Below, piece by piece: positions 1-9,770 of a stretch of DNA of 61,607 nt; positions within the stretch are counted from its first letter, which is position 1; the number at the start of each line of letters is the position of its first letter. Source of the DNA: a virus (taxonomy: Duplodnaviria; Caudoviricetes). The stretch spans positions 1-61,607 of the IMG/VR virus record IMGVR_UViG_3300010359_000002; one strand, written 5' to 3'. The notes beneath the pieces were generated by a model. The model ran no database searches and was not told the origin of the DNA. It saw only the letters and a list, made by a program, of their open reading frames with translations. The translations under genes and the position numbers were made by a program.

Positions 1-1237
1 CGTCCCCCCGCCGCAGGAGGTCCCGCCGCCGCCCGACCCGCTCACCGGCATCGCCCCACCGCCCCCGCCGCCCAAGCGCGGCAACAAGAAGCGCAAGGTC
101 TACGACATCGTCGCCCCCACCCAGCTGACCATCCTGGACAGCCTGCGGGTCATCCCGGTCGGCAACCGGCTGTGGGGCGGGGACCGACTGGCCTGGCACG
201 GCACCGCGGAGGAGATGCAGGTCTGGGACGGCCGCTTCGACCAGCCCTCCGCGTTCGACCCCACGATGGCCCAGCTGATCCTGGGCAAGTACACCCCCAC
301 CGAGGACGAGAAGCCCGAGCTGAGCGCCCTGGGCATCAACGTGGACCGGCTGCTGGAGCTGAACCCCACCCGGGTCTGGCGGCACACCCTGACCCGACCC
401 AGCTACGCCCGCTGGGCCGACGTCCGGCTCAAGAGCACCTTCCCGATCCTGGACCTGAAGACCCAGCTGCGAGAGGCCGACCGGGTCACCCTGATCGGCG
501 CCGCCAACTACATCCTGCTGATCAAGAAGGGCCTCCCGGACGAGCCGGCCCATCAGGAGGAGATCGACAACCTCAAGCGCGGCTTCGACGTCCTGGCCAA
601 GGTCCCGGTCATCGTCTCCGACCACCGCCTCGAGATCGAGATCATCAGCCCCAAGCAGGACTACACCCTCAACCGCGAGAAGCACGACACCCTCGACGCC
701 CGGCTCCTCCAGCGGGTCCTGGGCGCGCTGACCCTGTCCGGCACCGGCCAACGCAACGAGAGCACCGTCACCGTGGCCCGCATGGTCGCCCGGCTGCTGG
801 AGTCCCGCCGGCACATGCTCAAGCGCTCCTTCGAGCGGCACTTCGCCCACGAGATCCTGGAGCGCAACCCGGACGCCTTCGAGGACGAGCCCAACCTCGC
901 CTTCACCCCTCGCCGGGTCCAGCTGGACTCCGACGACGCCATCACCCAGATGATCCTGGCCCTGCGCCAGCAGCGGGAGATCAGTCGCGAGTCGATCCTC
1001 GAATACGTCGGCTTCGACCAGGAGGTGGAGGCCAACCGGCGCATCGTCGAGCAGCAGCTCTACGACCCCATCTTCCAGACCGCGGTGCCGTTCAACTCCC
1101 CCATGAACAACCAGGGCGGTCTGCCCCCGGGAGCGTTCGGGCCCACCGGCGGGCGACCCACCGGCGGCGGCACACCCCCGGCCGGCCAAGTCGGCAAGCC
1201 CGCCAAGACCACCGGCACGCCCGGATCTGGCCAGTAG
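1..1237 (+). CDS. Phage portal protein (5'-truncated)
   Basis: The frame of ORF 215..1237 stays open back to base 2. It lies just before the protease/scaffold/capsid genes and has a portal-like C-terminal 'ISRESILEYVGFDQEVE' segment. Confidence 0.65.
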   Translation, partial: VPPPQEVPPPPDPLTGIAPPPPPPKRGNKKRKVYDIVAPTQLTILDSLRVIPVGNRLWGGDRLAWHGTAEEMQVWDGRFDQPSAFDPTMAQLILGKYTPTEDEKPELSALGINVDRLLELNPTRVWRHTLTRPSYARWADVRLKSTFPILDLKTQLREADRVTLIGAANYILLIKKGLPDEPAHQEEIDNLKRGFDVLAKVPVIVSDHRLEIEIISPKQDYTLNREKHDTLDARLLQRVLGALTLSGTGQRNESTVTVARMVARLLESRRHMLKRSFERHFAHEILERNPDAFEDEPNLAFTPRRVQLDSDDAITQMILALRQQREISRESILEYVGFDQEVEANRRIVEQQLYDPIFQTAVPFNSPMNNQGGLPPGAFGPTGGRPTGGGTPPAGQVGKPAKTTGTPGSGQ

Positions 1238-1249
1238 AAGGAGCGACTG

Positions 1250-2062
1250 ATGAGCGTGGGCACATTCTTCGACATCCTCGACCGGGTCACCCCGCCCCAG
1301 CTGCCCCTCCTCGACACCGTCGTGCAGGCCCAGCCGCCCGGCCCGGCCGGCGCCGAACGTGCCCGCGCCCTGGTGATGGAGGGCAACGGCAAGACCGTCC
1401 TCACCACCCCGATCGAGCCGGACGGCCTGAACTTCGAGGAGTTCCTGACCCGCATCAGCGGCCGCCTGGTCGGCAGCGAGAAGGCCAACTCCAACAACCA
1501 GTTCTGGACCGCCGGCGACCTGGCCTTCGGCCTGCCCTCGGTCGCACAGGGCCCGCTGAACTGGCTGCACGACGAACGCCGAATCGTGGGCTGCCTCACC
1601 GGCGCCGACCTGATGGGCCCCGACCAGCAGAAGGCGGCCCAGCTGGAGCTGGAGCCGCCCTACATCAAGGCCAACTCCGTGATGTGGTCCTTCCTCAACC
1701 CCAGCGAGACCTACACCGTCCAGAAGGCAGCCGAGACAGGCCAGCTCTTCTACTCGATGGAGTGCGTCTCCAAGCAGGTCGAATGCGCCGGCGAGGCCGG
1801 CTGCGGCCACGTCATGGACTACGCCGACGCCTGCGCGATGAACGAGCGGGCCTGCGCCCATGTCCGGGACAAGACCGCGGTGCGCCGATTCGCCAACCCG
1901 GTCTTCCAGGGGGCTGCGCTCATCGTCCCGCCGGTCAAGCCCGGCTGGAGTGATGCCGTCGCGACCATTCTGGAGCGCAACACCGCGGCCGCCGACGTGG
2001 CCGTGAACTACACCGGCAACGAGCTGATCGCCGCCCAGCTCCTGGCCTTCGTGGCCAGCTAG
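1250..2062 (+). CDS. Capsid maturation (prohead) protease-like protein
   Basis: RBS AAGGAG. LHD..IVG, SMEC...C..C and F.G.ALI..P..P.W motifs resemble HK97-type prohead proteases; position between portal and scaffold fits. Confidence 0.6.
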   Translation: MSVGTFFDILDRVTPPQLPLLDTVVQAQPPGPAGAERARALVMEGNGKTVLTTPIEPDGLNFEEFLTRISGRLVGSEKANSNNQFWTAGDLAFGLPSVAQGPLNWLHDERRIVGCLTGADLMGPDQQKAAQLELEPPYIKANSVMWSFLNPSETYTVQKAAETGQLFYSMECVSKQVECAGEAGCGHVMDYADACAMNERACAHVRDKTAVRRFANPVFQGAALIVPPVKPGWSDAVATILERNTAAADVAVNYTGNELIAAQLLAFVAS

Positions 2063-2068
2063 GGCCAG

Positions 2069-2082
2069 CCAACGCGCGTTCG
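2069..2082. promoter_or_regulatory. Operator-like palindrome CCAAC-GCGC-GTTCG (LexA-box-like)
   Basis: Intergenic, upstream of the scaffold gene; exact reverse complement of 7438-7451. Confidence 0.55.
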
Positions 2083-2164
2083 CTTCCGTTTCCTGCCGGA
2101 GGGCCCCGATCCCGCCCCAGACGGACGGTCGATCACGGCCGCACGACTGGAACGGAGTGAGGGC

Positions 2165-2704
2165 ATGGGTGACGAGCCCAACAAGCCAGCTCCGCGAACT
2201 CTGACGGAAGACCAGGCGTACGCCATCGTGGCCGATCGAGTTCTGCGGGAGACCGCCGAACTCACGGCCGAGAAGGAGCGCCTGACGGCAGAGAACGCCG
2301 AGCTGCGCAGCAAGCTCGATGTCGCCGAGGCCGGCCAGGCGACCGAGAAGGCTGCACGCGAGAAGGCCGAGCAGGATCTGAAGGACCACCAGGCCCAGGT
2401 CGAGGCCGAGAAGGTCGCGCTGGCCCGGACGTCGGAGCGCGAGGCCAAGGTCCGCGAGATCGCGGCCGCGCTGAAGGACGACTTCTACACCGACGAGCGC
2501 AAGCGCCGCTGGGCCGCGATGGACGACGAGGCGTTCAAGACCTACTGCGACGACCTCGCCGCCTCCGTCGGCGTTGCCGGCGCCGGCGGCCAGGTCCCGC
2601 GCGAGACCGCCATGAAGGGCGCACCGGTTCAGCCCCCCGGGGACACCGGCAACGCCGAGGCGCTGTTCGCGCTGACCCGAGGGGGTGCCCCGAATGGCCA
2701 GTGA
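2165..2704 (+). CDS. Scaffolding protein
   Basis: E/K/A-rich coiled coil, located between protease and capsid genes. Confidence 0.6.
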   Translation: MGDEPNKPAPRTLTEDQAYAIVADRVLRETAELTAEKERLTAENAELRSKLDVAEAGQATEKAAREKAEQDLKDHQAQVEAEKVALARTSEREAKVREIAAALKDDFYTDERKRRWAAMDDEAFKTYCDDLAASVGVAGAGGQVPRETAMKGAPVQPPGDTGNAEALFALTRGGAPNGQ

Positions 2705-3221
2705 CTACGGCTTCAACTTCGGGTTCCGCCGCAGCGACGAGAGCATGCGGTCGGGCACCGAGGGCCGACTCAAGGTGCCGGCCACCGGCACGTTCAAGCA
2801 GGGCGACCTGGTCACCTTCGACCCGGCCAACCCCGGCTACATCAAGAAGGCCGCCGCCAATTCCCCGATCGAGGCGGGATTCACGGGCCTCCTCATCCAG
2901 GAGGACGCCTGGAATATCCCGCTCAACGGGAACCAGGTCATCAACACGCAGGATCTCGACGTCGTCTGGAACGACGCCCTGTGCGCCATCTGGACCGGTG
3001 CCGGCCTGAAGATCTGGCTGAAGAACACCGCGGCCACGGCCAATCGCGGGCAGCGCGCCCGTGCCGCCGTCACCAAGTTCACGATGGGCACCCTCGTGAT
3101 CGGTGACCTCATCGCCTGGGACGGCTCCAAGTACGTCGAGACCGCCGACCCGACGGTGGCCGTGGGCCGCGTGACGCTGTCCAACGCCACCGACTACATC
3201 GAAGCCGTTCTGCTGAAGTGA
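2694..3221 (+). CDS. Capsid decoration / minor head protein
   Basis: ATG at 2694; ~175-aa beta-rich protein directly before the major capsid gene. Confidence 0.5.
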   Translation: MASDYGFNFGFRRSDESMRSGTEGRLKVPATGTFKQGDLVTFDPANPGYIKKAAANSPIEAGFTGLLIQEDAWNIPLNGNQVINTQDLDVVWNDALCAIWTGAGLKIWLKNTAATANRGQRARAAVTKFTMGTLVIGDLIAWDGSKYVETADPTVAVGRVTLSNATDYIEAVLLK

Positions 3222-3232
3222 GGAGGGACACC

Positions 3233-4213
3233 ATGACCACCACGGTTCTGAGCGACCTCCTCACGATGGGGGAGGGCAGCGGCTTCAAGCCGCGGAACAA
3301 GGCCGAGGCCGACGAGTACGCCAAGATCAAGGCGGCTCTGGACGCCGAGGCCAAGAAGAACTGGGACAACCCCGAGTGGCACCGCCAGCAGGCCGCCACC
3401 CTGAACTCCCAGCTGGACTACGGATTCGTCTTCGAGAACCTGTTCAGCAGCTACATCGAGACGATCAATGCTGCCGAGGACGAGAAGGTCTACCTGCGTG
3501 AGCGGACCGGCCTGAAGGTCTTCTACACCCACCGCGGCGGCTACATCGAGGAATCGCAGATCCAGACTCAGGACTGGGAGATTCCGCGGGACACCCTCGG
3601 ATTCCACGTCTCGGAGTTCAGCGACAAGCTGCGGTTCGGGTTCGCCGAGAGCATCCAGGGCATGGTGGCGCTGGGCCAGCGCCGCATGGAGGCCGAGACC
3701 AACCGGCGCATCTTCAACCTGCTCACCGAGGCCATCCCCAGCTCCAGCCCGTACTACGTGGATGCCAGCAGCGGCGGCCTGACCGGCGACGTCCTGGACG
3801 ACGCCATCACCGACGTCGAGGACGCCATCAAGCCCAACGGCTCGGCCGACGTCCCGGTGACGATCCTGGGTCGCGCCGCCGGCGTCAACGCCGTGACGAA
3901 GCTGGTCACCGGCGCCGGCATCTTCGACCCCGAGGCGGCCGCGGAGGTCCGCGCGAAGGGCCGCATCGGCACCTACAAGGGCGGCAACGTTGTCCGGATC
4001 CGCAACTACACCGACGAGTCCGGCGTCAGCTACATCCCGGCCAACGAGGTGTGGGTCTTCGGCGGCCAGGTCGGCAAGTTCGCCATCTACGGCGGGCCTC
4101 GCACCAAGCAGTGGGAGGAGAACACCACCGACTACGTGCACTACCGGCACCGCCGCGACATCGGTGGCCTCATCCACCACCCGGAGCAGGCGCGCCGCAT
4201 CCGGATCAGCTGA
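3233..4213 (+). CDS. Major capsid protein (HK97 fold)
   Basis: Strong RBS AGGAGG before ATG 3233; ~326 aa; 'GRIGTYKGGNVV' segment typical of HK97-fold capsids; synteny. Confidence 0.75.
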   Translation: MTTTVLSDLLTMGEGSGFKPRNKAEADEYAKIKAALDAEAKKNWDNPEWHRQQAATLNSQLDYGFVFENLFSSYIETINAAEDEKVYLRERTGLKVFYTHRGGYIEESQIQTQDWEIPRDTLGFHVSEFSDKLRFGFAESIQGMVALGQRRMEAETNRRIFNLLTEAIPSSSPYYVDASSGGLTGDVLDDAITDVEDAIKPNGSADVPVTILGRAAGVNAVTKLVTGAGIFDPEAAAEVRAKGRIGTYKGGNVVRIRNYTDESGVSYIPANEVWVFGGQVGKFAIYGGPRTKQWEENTTDYVHYRHRRDIGGLIHHPEQARRIRIS

Positions 4214-4226
4214 CCTCCACAGCTGA

Positions 4227-4390
4227 CCAGGGACCACCGGTTCGGCCGATCGTGCGGAACGGCCGGGCCGGTACCCTGGGAGCCTTGGGACTCCTTCCCG
4301 GTCGCGTGCAGCGACCCTCGGAGACCCGGGACGTCTTGGGAGAGACGTTGGCCCCACCACCTGGCTGCTCCAGGAGGTGGGGCCGCTCCC
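4227..4390 (+). ncRNA. Candidate structured RNA / 3' UTR after the capsid gene
   Basis: Long hairpin 4227-4279, then a multibranch region closed by GGGAGC (4278-83) / GCTCCC (4385-90) holding three hairpins. Confidence 0.4.
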
Positions 4391-4468
4391 GTTTCCCGGC
4401 CAACAACACGCTCTAGTGGGTTGAGATCGCCGGCGCTCCGACGTCATGGTCCAGACGAAGGAGGGCAC

Positions 4469-4990
4469 ATGGCCGCAGCCACCAAGCCAAAGGCACCCCA
4501 GGCCCACGAGGGCATCGAGATCTGGGAGACCACCACGGCCGGGACGATCTACGTCCAGCAGACCGACGCCAAGGGCCGGGTCAAGAACAACCGCATCGGC
4601 GGCCGCGAGGGCACCAAGTTGCGGATCACCAAGAGCGACCGGGAGATCCACGAGGACAGCTGCGGCCCCGACAACTGCTTCACCAACGGCCTGCTCATCC
4701 GGGTCGACGCCCGCAAGGAAGCCGACGAGGACTACGAGGTGTCCCCCCACCACCTCAGCACCGAAGAGCTGATGGCCGGCTTCGCCCTGCACGGCGCGGC
4801 CTTCACCGCCTTCGTGGACGGCCTGGCCGAGCTGAACGTGCGCCGGCTGGCCGCCATCGCCGACTCGGTCGACGCCACCGTGGCCCAGGTCACCTACATC
4901 AACAAGGTGATCGTGGAGAAGTTCCGGGTCCACGGCGACACCCCGACCTACCGGGAGATGAAGGCCGAAGGCGACCTGCGCCGGTCCTGA
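4469..4990 (+). CDS. Hypothetical protein (head region)
   Basis: RBS AAGGAGG, ATG 4469, phage-typical codon usage. Confidence 0.7.
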   Translation: MAAATKPKAPQAHEGIEIWETTTAGTIYVQQTDAKGRVKNNRIGGREGTKLRITKSDREIHEDSCGPDNCFTNGLLIRVDARKEADEDYEVSPHHLSTEELMAGFALHGAAFTAFVDGLAELNVRRLAAIADSVDATVAQVTYINKVIVEKFRVHGDTPTYREMKAEGDLRRS

Positions 4991-5041
4991 TCCCAGCCGG
5001 ACCGCTGCCGTTGAGGTCGGCCAGCTGCCGACATCCCCAGC

Positions 5042-5545
5042 ATGACCACCGCGCTGGCCGACCTCGTGGACTCGTTCCGCCGGGAAGTCGCCGTGCCCGG
5101 GACCTTCGCCACCGTCTACCCGGCCACCATCCAGTCCGAGATCATCGGCACGCTGATGGACAGCTTCGCCGAGGCCCAGCTCGACGGCTGGTTCCGGGAC
5201 TACGCTCTGGACCTGGTCGCCCAGGAGGTCAGCCCGGACCTGTCCCTGGCCGGCCAGGCCCTCATCATCAACTACGCCGCCGCCCGCCTGATCCGCGCCG
5301 AGCTGCGCAACGCCCAGTCCCAGGTCCGCTACAAGGCCGGCTCCGTGGAGTACGAGGTCAGCCGGCCGGCGGCGTTCTTCACCCAGCTGCTGAAGGATCT
5401 CGCCGCCCGCCGCAACCAGCTGCTGTCCGCAGCCTTGACCGGCGCCCGCCTGGACTACGTCCTGGACGGCTACGGCGGCCGCATCGCCGGCGAGTTCTAC
5501 CTCGGAGAGGCACCCCGCCCGGCCTCGATCGCCGGCCTGCCGTGA
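5042..5545 (+). CDS. Head-tail adaptor-like protein
   Basis: Size, helical content and position after the capsid gene. Confidence 0.45.
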   Translation: MTTALADLVDSFRREVAVPGTFATVYPATIQSEIIGTLMDSFAEAQLDGWFRDYALDLVAQEVSPDLSLAGQALIINYAAARLIRAELRNAQSQVRYKAGSVEYEVSRPAAFFTQLLKDLAARRNQLLSAALTGARLDYVLDGYGGRIAGEFYLGEAPRPASIAGLP

Positions 5546-5556
5546 GGAGCTGACCC

Positions 5557-5994
5557 GTGGCCACGATCAGCTTCGACGAGGCCGCCTTCACCGACGGCAT
5601 CCTCACCGCGATGGCCGTGGGCACCCCGCCGGACCCCGCCGACCGGGCCGTGTTCGTTTTCGCCGACACCACCACCGTCGCCGGCTCGGTCGACGACGGT
5701 GGCGTCCCCTTCGACGTCGCCGCCACCCCGACCCGCACCCCCGGCCAGGAGATCTTCAACGTCCCCTGCGCGATCGAGTACATCGACGTCGCCGGCCAGG
5801 TCGCCGACCTCGGCATCCTGCAGCCCACCAAGATCAAGGTGACCCTGCTCGACGAGCAGTACGAGCTGGTCAAGGGCTTCGACCACGTCCGCATCGCCGG
5901 CGACCGGTACTACTACCGCAAGACCGAACCCCCGACCGGCATGGTCACCAAGACCGTCTACGTCATCCACTGCGCCGCGGAGGACGACCGGTGA
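5557..5994 (+). CDS. Head-tail stopper/closure-like protein
   Basis: Beta-rich 145 aa; synteny. Confidence 0.45.
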   Translation: MATISFDEAAFTDGILTAMAVGTPPDPADRAVFVFADTTTVAGSVDDGGVPFDVAATPTRTPGQEIFNVPCAIEYIDVAGQVADLGILQPTKIKVTLLDEQYELVKGFDHVRIAGDRYYYRKTEPPTGMVTKTVYVIHCAAEDDR

Positions 5995-6512
5995 CCTACC
6001 TACGCCACGCCCCCCGTCACCTGCACCGCACCCTCATCGACCGGGTCTCCGGCCGGCTGGTCGCGCTGGGCTGGACCACCACCCCACCCCTAGGCGCCCA
6101 GCCCCTGACCATCCTCACCCGCCGGGTCCGGGAGTCCGAGCAGATCGCGGCCGAGGCCAACATGGTCGGCATCTCCTTCGGGGAGGAGTCCGACGAGGCC
6201 GAGGTCGAACTCGGCGGCGGCCTGGCCAGCGTCACCACCCGCATGGTCTGCGACATCATCGCCGCCAACGACAGCTACGGCCTGGCCATCTCCAGCGACA
6301 TCAAGGACTGCCTGACCGGCCGCGCCCCGGGTTTCTCCCGGGTCTTCAAGCTGCGCGACTACACCACCGACCAGGCCGGCGTCCCCCGCGACGACTGCAT
6401 GATCGAGGTCACCGAGGTCACCCGGCAGCGCCCCGAGTCCAGCGAGGCCCGGATGTGGTGGCAGGTGCTGGTGGCCCAGATCGAGCTGGTCACCGCCGGC
6501 GGCGACAGCTGA
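5991..6512 (+). CDS. Tail terminator-like protein
   Basis: GTGA overlap with the previous gene; size and alpha/beta pattern; synteny. Confidence 0.45.
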   Translation: MTYLRHAPRHLHRTLIDRVSGRLVALGWTTTPPLGAQPLTILTRRVRESEQIAAEANMVGISFGEESDEAEVELGGGLASVTTRMVCDIIAANDSYGLAISSDIKDCLTGRAPGFSRVFKLRDYTTDQAGVPRDDCMIEVTEVTRQRPESSEARMWWQVLVAQIELVTAGGDS

Positions 6513-6522
6513 TGGGGCCCTG

Positions 6523-6798
6523 GTGAGCAGTGCCGACCCGCTGCGCCGGCTGCTCATCGTCCAGCGCCGCCGGCTCGTGGCCACCTTCCTCGGCTACGCC
6601 GAAGCCAACGTCTACCCGCTGCTGAGCCAGGAGCAGGCGGACAAGTTCCGGACCGAGTTCCTCGACGCCGTGGGCGCCTACCACGAGCTGATGCTCGACA
6701 TCGTCCAGGCCAACGACGACGAGACCGTGATCATCAACGCGGAGGCGATGGCCCTGCTCCGCGACATCCGCGCCGACCTGCGCAGACGCGAGGGCTGA
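6523..6798 (+). CDS. Hypothetical protein
   Basis: Clean 91-aa ORF within the operon. Confidence 0.65.
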   Translation: MSSADPLRRLLIVQRRRLVATFLGYAEANVYPLLSQEQADKFRTEFLDAVGAYHELMLDIVQANDDETVIINAEAMALLRDIRADLRRREG

Positions 6799-6800
6799 GC

Positions 6801-7418
6801 ATGCCCCAGATCTTCCACGCCCAGTTCCGGCCCACCCAGCCCCTGATCCGCCCCGGCATCCAGCCCCGCCTCAGCCGGGTCGACGCCGAGTACGTCGCCC
6901 GAGCCCTGCAGCGCGCCGCGGTCGACGAGCTGGACAAGAGCCTGGCCCGCCGCGCCGCCTCCACCGGCCGGCTGAAGAAGGTGCTGGAGGAGCCCGCCCA
7001 GATCAAGGTCACCGACCGCCGGCTGCAGGTCTTCGACCACGCCTACCTCACCGCCCGCGTCCCCTACTGGCAGGCCATCGACCTCGGCTCCACCCGCTCC
7101 GTCGGCCGCCGGCTGTCGGGCGTCTGGCGCCTGGGCGGGGAGTTCAGCCCCTGGGGCGCGGCCACCGGTCAGATCCTCTACCGCTCCGGCAGCAACTCCC
7201 GGGTCAACCCCGTCCGCCGCAGCGCCAAGGCGTCCTCGGTCGCCTACCAGCTGCTCATCCAGCAAGGCGTACCCCCCGAGGACGCCCGGGTCTGGGGCCG
7301 GATCCGCCGCCCGATCACCGCCCACCACTACATGCAGGCTGCTCGACGCGCGTTCACTCCCCAGATGCGCAACCTGCTGGCCCGTCAGCTGGCTCGCCAG
7401 TACCTGCGCCGGCGCTGA
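6801..7418 (+). CDS. Neck/tail-completion-like basic protein
   Basis: Arg-rich; 'STGRL' and 'PYW.AID.G' motifs resemble HK97 gp10-like proteins; precedes the major tail gene. Confidence 0.4.
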   Translation: MPQIFHAQFRPTQPLIRPGIQPRLSRVDAEYVARALQRAAVDELDKSLARRAASTGRLKKVLEEPAQIKVTDRRLQVFDHAYLTARVPYWQAIDLGSTRSVGRRLSGVWRLGGEFSPWGAATGQILYRSGSNSRVNPVRRSAKASSVAYQLLIQQGVPPEDARVWGRIRRPITAHHYMQAARRAFTPQMRNLLARQLARQYLRRR

Positions 7419-7437
7419 CCCCGACGAGAGTGTGATG

Positions 7438-7451
7438 CGAACGCGCGTTGG
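7438..7451. promoter_or_regulatory. Operator-like palindrome CGAAC-GCGC-GTTGG (LexA-box-like)
   Basis: Intergenic, upstream of the major tail gene. Confidence 0.55.
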
Positions 7452-7497
7452 CCGACGTGACCCCCAGACGTCATAGCCGGACCGCGAGGGGCAACCA

Positions 7498-8721
7498 ATG
7501 GCCATCAAGTCGGGCAGCATCCTGCACGTCGGGAACGACACGGTGCTGGTGGAGCGCCTCCAGACCGGCGGTCCCGGCCAGCTGAACATCCCCAAGGACA
7601 AGATCTACGAGCTGGGCAACTACGAGTCGGTCGGGATCATCCGCGACACCCCCGATCTGCAGTACAGCCTGGAGAGCCTGGACGTCTCCTGCGACCTCGA
7701 AGCGCTCCTGACCCGCCAGGCGAACAGCGACCCATCCTTCGACCTGTCCACCTGCAAGCCGCTGGACCTGGTCACCCCCTGGGCACCCGGGAAGGACGCC
7801 GCCGCCCCGTACACCACCACCAAGTCGGTCGCGATCCCCTTCCTGTACCCCGAGCAGATCAGCTACCGCTTCGGGCTGAAGGACAACGCCCAGCAGACCG
7901 TCCAGCTGCGCGGCGACTCGATCTTCTACTGCCCCGGCGTCAGCTACGTGCAGACCTCCACCGCGGGGGTCGCCGCCGGCGGCACCATCGCCACCGCCCA
8001 CCCCGCCGGGGTCTACACCGACGCCAATGGCGCCCGCCGTGTCCTGTCGGTCGAGGTTGGCAACGACAAGCTGTCCTACGGGCAGGACTACACCGTCACC
8101 ACCGTCGGCTCCACCGACTTCGAGACGGCCACCGTCCACTTCGTCAACGCCGTGACCTCCGGCACCCAGATCCGGATCGTGTACTTCGCCAACACCACCC
8201 GCGACTACCCGCAGTCGGTGCACACCCTGCCGGCCGTCAAGCCGGCCGCCATCCGCGGCCGCGACATCCAGGTCTACGTGGGCGGCTACGACCCCGGCGA
8301 CATCCCCGGCTCCCAGGTCAATCGGTGGGGCACCGTCCAGTCGGCCAACGTCGACTGGCGCGTGCAGCTGCAGCCCGACGAGGAGTTCGGCAACTACGAG
8401 CGCTACGGCGCCGACTACGACACCCCCGAGGTCAGCGGCTCCATCACCCTCAAGCCGCGCAACCCCGACGAGTTCTTCGCCAAGCTGCGCCAGGCCACCG
8501 GCGTCTCCAACGCCGCCGAGGCCATCGGGCCCAACCTGGCCGCCGTCCTGCCGCTGGACATCGTCCTGCTCAACCCCGAGGACGGCACCCCGCTCAAGCG
8601 CCTGAACGTCGAGGACGCCCGCTTCACCGTCCCCGGCTTCGCTCCCCGCGTGCAGCAGAAGCTCACCGTGGAGATGCCGTTCGACTCCGACTCCGGCTCG
8701 CTCGTCGTCTACGCCGCCTGA
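7498..8721 (+). CDS. Major tail (tube) protein
   Basis: 407 aa, beta-rich, directly before the chaperones and tape measure. Confidence 0.7.
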   Translation: MAIKSGSILHVGNDTVLVERLQTGGPGQLNIPKDKIYELGNYESVGIIRDTPDLQYSLESLDVSCDLEALLTRQANSDPSFDLSTCKPLDLVTPWAPGKDAAAPYTTTKSVAIPFLYPEQISYRFGLKDNAQQTVQLRGDSIFYCPGVSYVQTSTAGVAAGGTIATAHPAGVYTDANGARRVLSVEVGNDKLSYGQDYTVTTVGSTDFETATVHFVNAVTSGTQIRIVYFANTTRDYPQSVHTLPAVKPAAIRGRDIQVYVGGYDPGDIPGSQVNRWGTVQSANVDWRVQLQPDEEFGNYERYGADYDTPEVSGSITLKPRNPDEFFAKLRQATGVSNAAEAIGPNLAAVLPLDIVLLNPEDGTPLKRLNVEDARFTVPGFAPRVQQKLTVEMPFDSDSGSLVVYAA

Positions 8722-8793
8722 GCCCGCACCACGGTCGCAGCTGACACTGCGCGCCCCTACGCGAATCGCGTAACGGGCCTCGAAGGAACTGGT

Positions 8794-8828
8794 CGCCCGG
8801 GACGGCTCTGGACCCGCCGTCCCGGGCG
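8794..8828 (+). terminator. GC-rich hairpin (terminator or mRNA stabiliser)
   Basis: 13-bp perfect stem CGCCCGGGACGGC / GCCGTCCCGGGCG after the major tail gene. Confidence 0.55.
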
Positions 8829-8891
8829 CCGGCCCATCTTACGGGCCCCAGGAAACAGAACCCGAACCCGAAGCAGACCAAGGGGAAACCC

Positions 8892-9770
8892 ATGCCCGAC
8901 AAGGCCGCGCTACGCCTGCGCCGCGTCACCGACCTGTTCACCTCCGGCCGGGAGCTGCTGCTGTCCGGTGCCGACGACGACGGACAGCCCATCCTCGTGT
9001 GGCTGGCCAAGCTCAACACCTTCCAGCGCGGGGAGTGCCACCGCGACGGCGAGGCCGCCCAGGCCCGCCGCGTCGCCGCGCTCGGCGAGGACTCCGACGA
9101 GATCCGCGCCGCCATCACGCAGTTCGAGGTCGCCCCCGACGAGGAGATCTTCGACTTCCTCCTCATCTCCCAGGGCGGCGCCTTCTACATCAAGGCCCAG
9201 GAGGACGTCCGGGCCGAAGAGGGCTGGCGCGACAAGATCGCCCTGCTGGAACGAGACGCCGCCCTGGAAGAGGGCGGATCCCCCGCCAGCACCGAGGAAC
9301 GCGAGGCCATCACCAAGGTCCAGGTCGAGTACCTGGAGGCCATCGAGGCCGCCCGGCAGACCCGCTACGACGACGCGAAGAAGGACCTGGCCGACCTCGA
9401 CCGCGACGAGCTGCGCCGCCGCTACCTCGACACCGTCCGGGCCAACATGGCCGAGAACGTCTACTGGGCCGAGTACCGCCGCACCGAGGTCTACCTGTCG
9501 GTACGCGACTGCAGCGCAACGACATCCACCGCCTCAGGCGAATCCGGCTACGACCACTCCGCCTGCACCCACCTGAAGCTGCTGGCCAGCCGGGCCGGCG
9601 TCAACGACATCCCACAGGAACTGCTGGACCGCATCCGGCAGGGCCTGGGCGACCTCAATGCCACGCCGACCGAAGCGGGAAACTCGGCCGCTCCCCAGAC
9701 TTCCTCCGGGTCTGTGGAGCAGCAAAGCAATGCGGAGGACTCGGCAGCCTCTTCCCCGACGGAGACGTGA
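8892..9770 (+). CDS. Tail assembly chaperone (G)
   Basis: Between tail tube and tape measure; contains the in-frame slippery site G GGA AAC. Confidence 0.75.
   Translation: MPDKAALRLRRVTDLFTSGRELLLSGADDDGQPILVWLAKLNTFQRGECHRDGEAAQARRVAALGEDSDEIRAAITQFEVAPDEEIFDFLLISQGGAFYIKAQEDVRAEEGWRDKIALLERDAALEEGGSPASTEEREAITKVQVEYLEAIEAARQTRYDDAKKDLADLDRDELRRRYLDTVRANMAENVYWAEYRRTEVYLSVRDCSATTSTASGESGYDHSACTHLKLLASRAGVNDIPQELLDRIRQGLGDLNATPTEAGNSAAPQTSSGSVEQQSNAEDSAASSPTET

Noticed and set aside
172-1953. Long alternative-frame and antisense ORFs (e.g. 172..1953, 3194..4933, 12343..14388, 13020..14744, 28945..30948, 57088..58665)
   Set aside because: R/P/G-rich or V/G/D-rich shadows of real genes, expected at high GC3.
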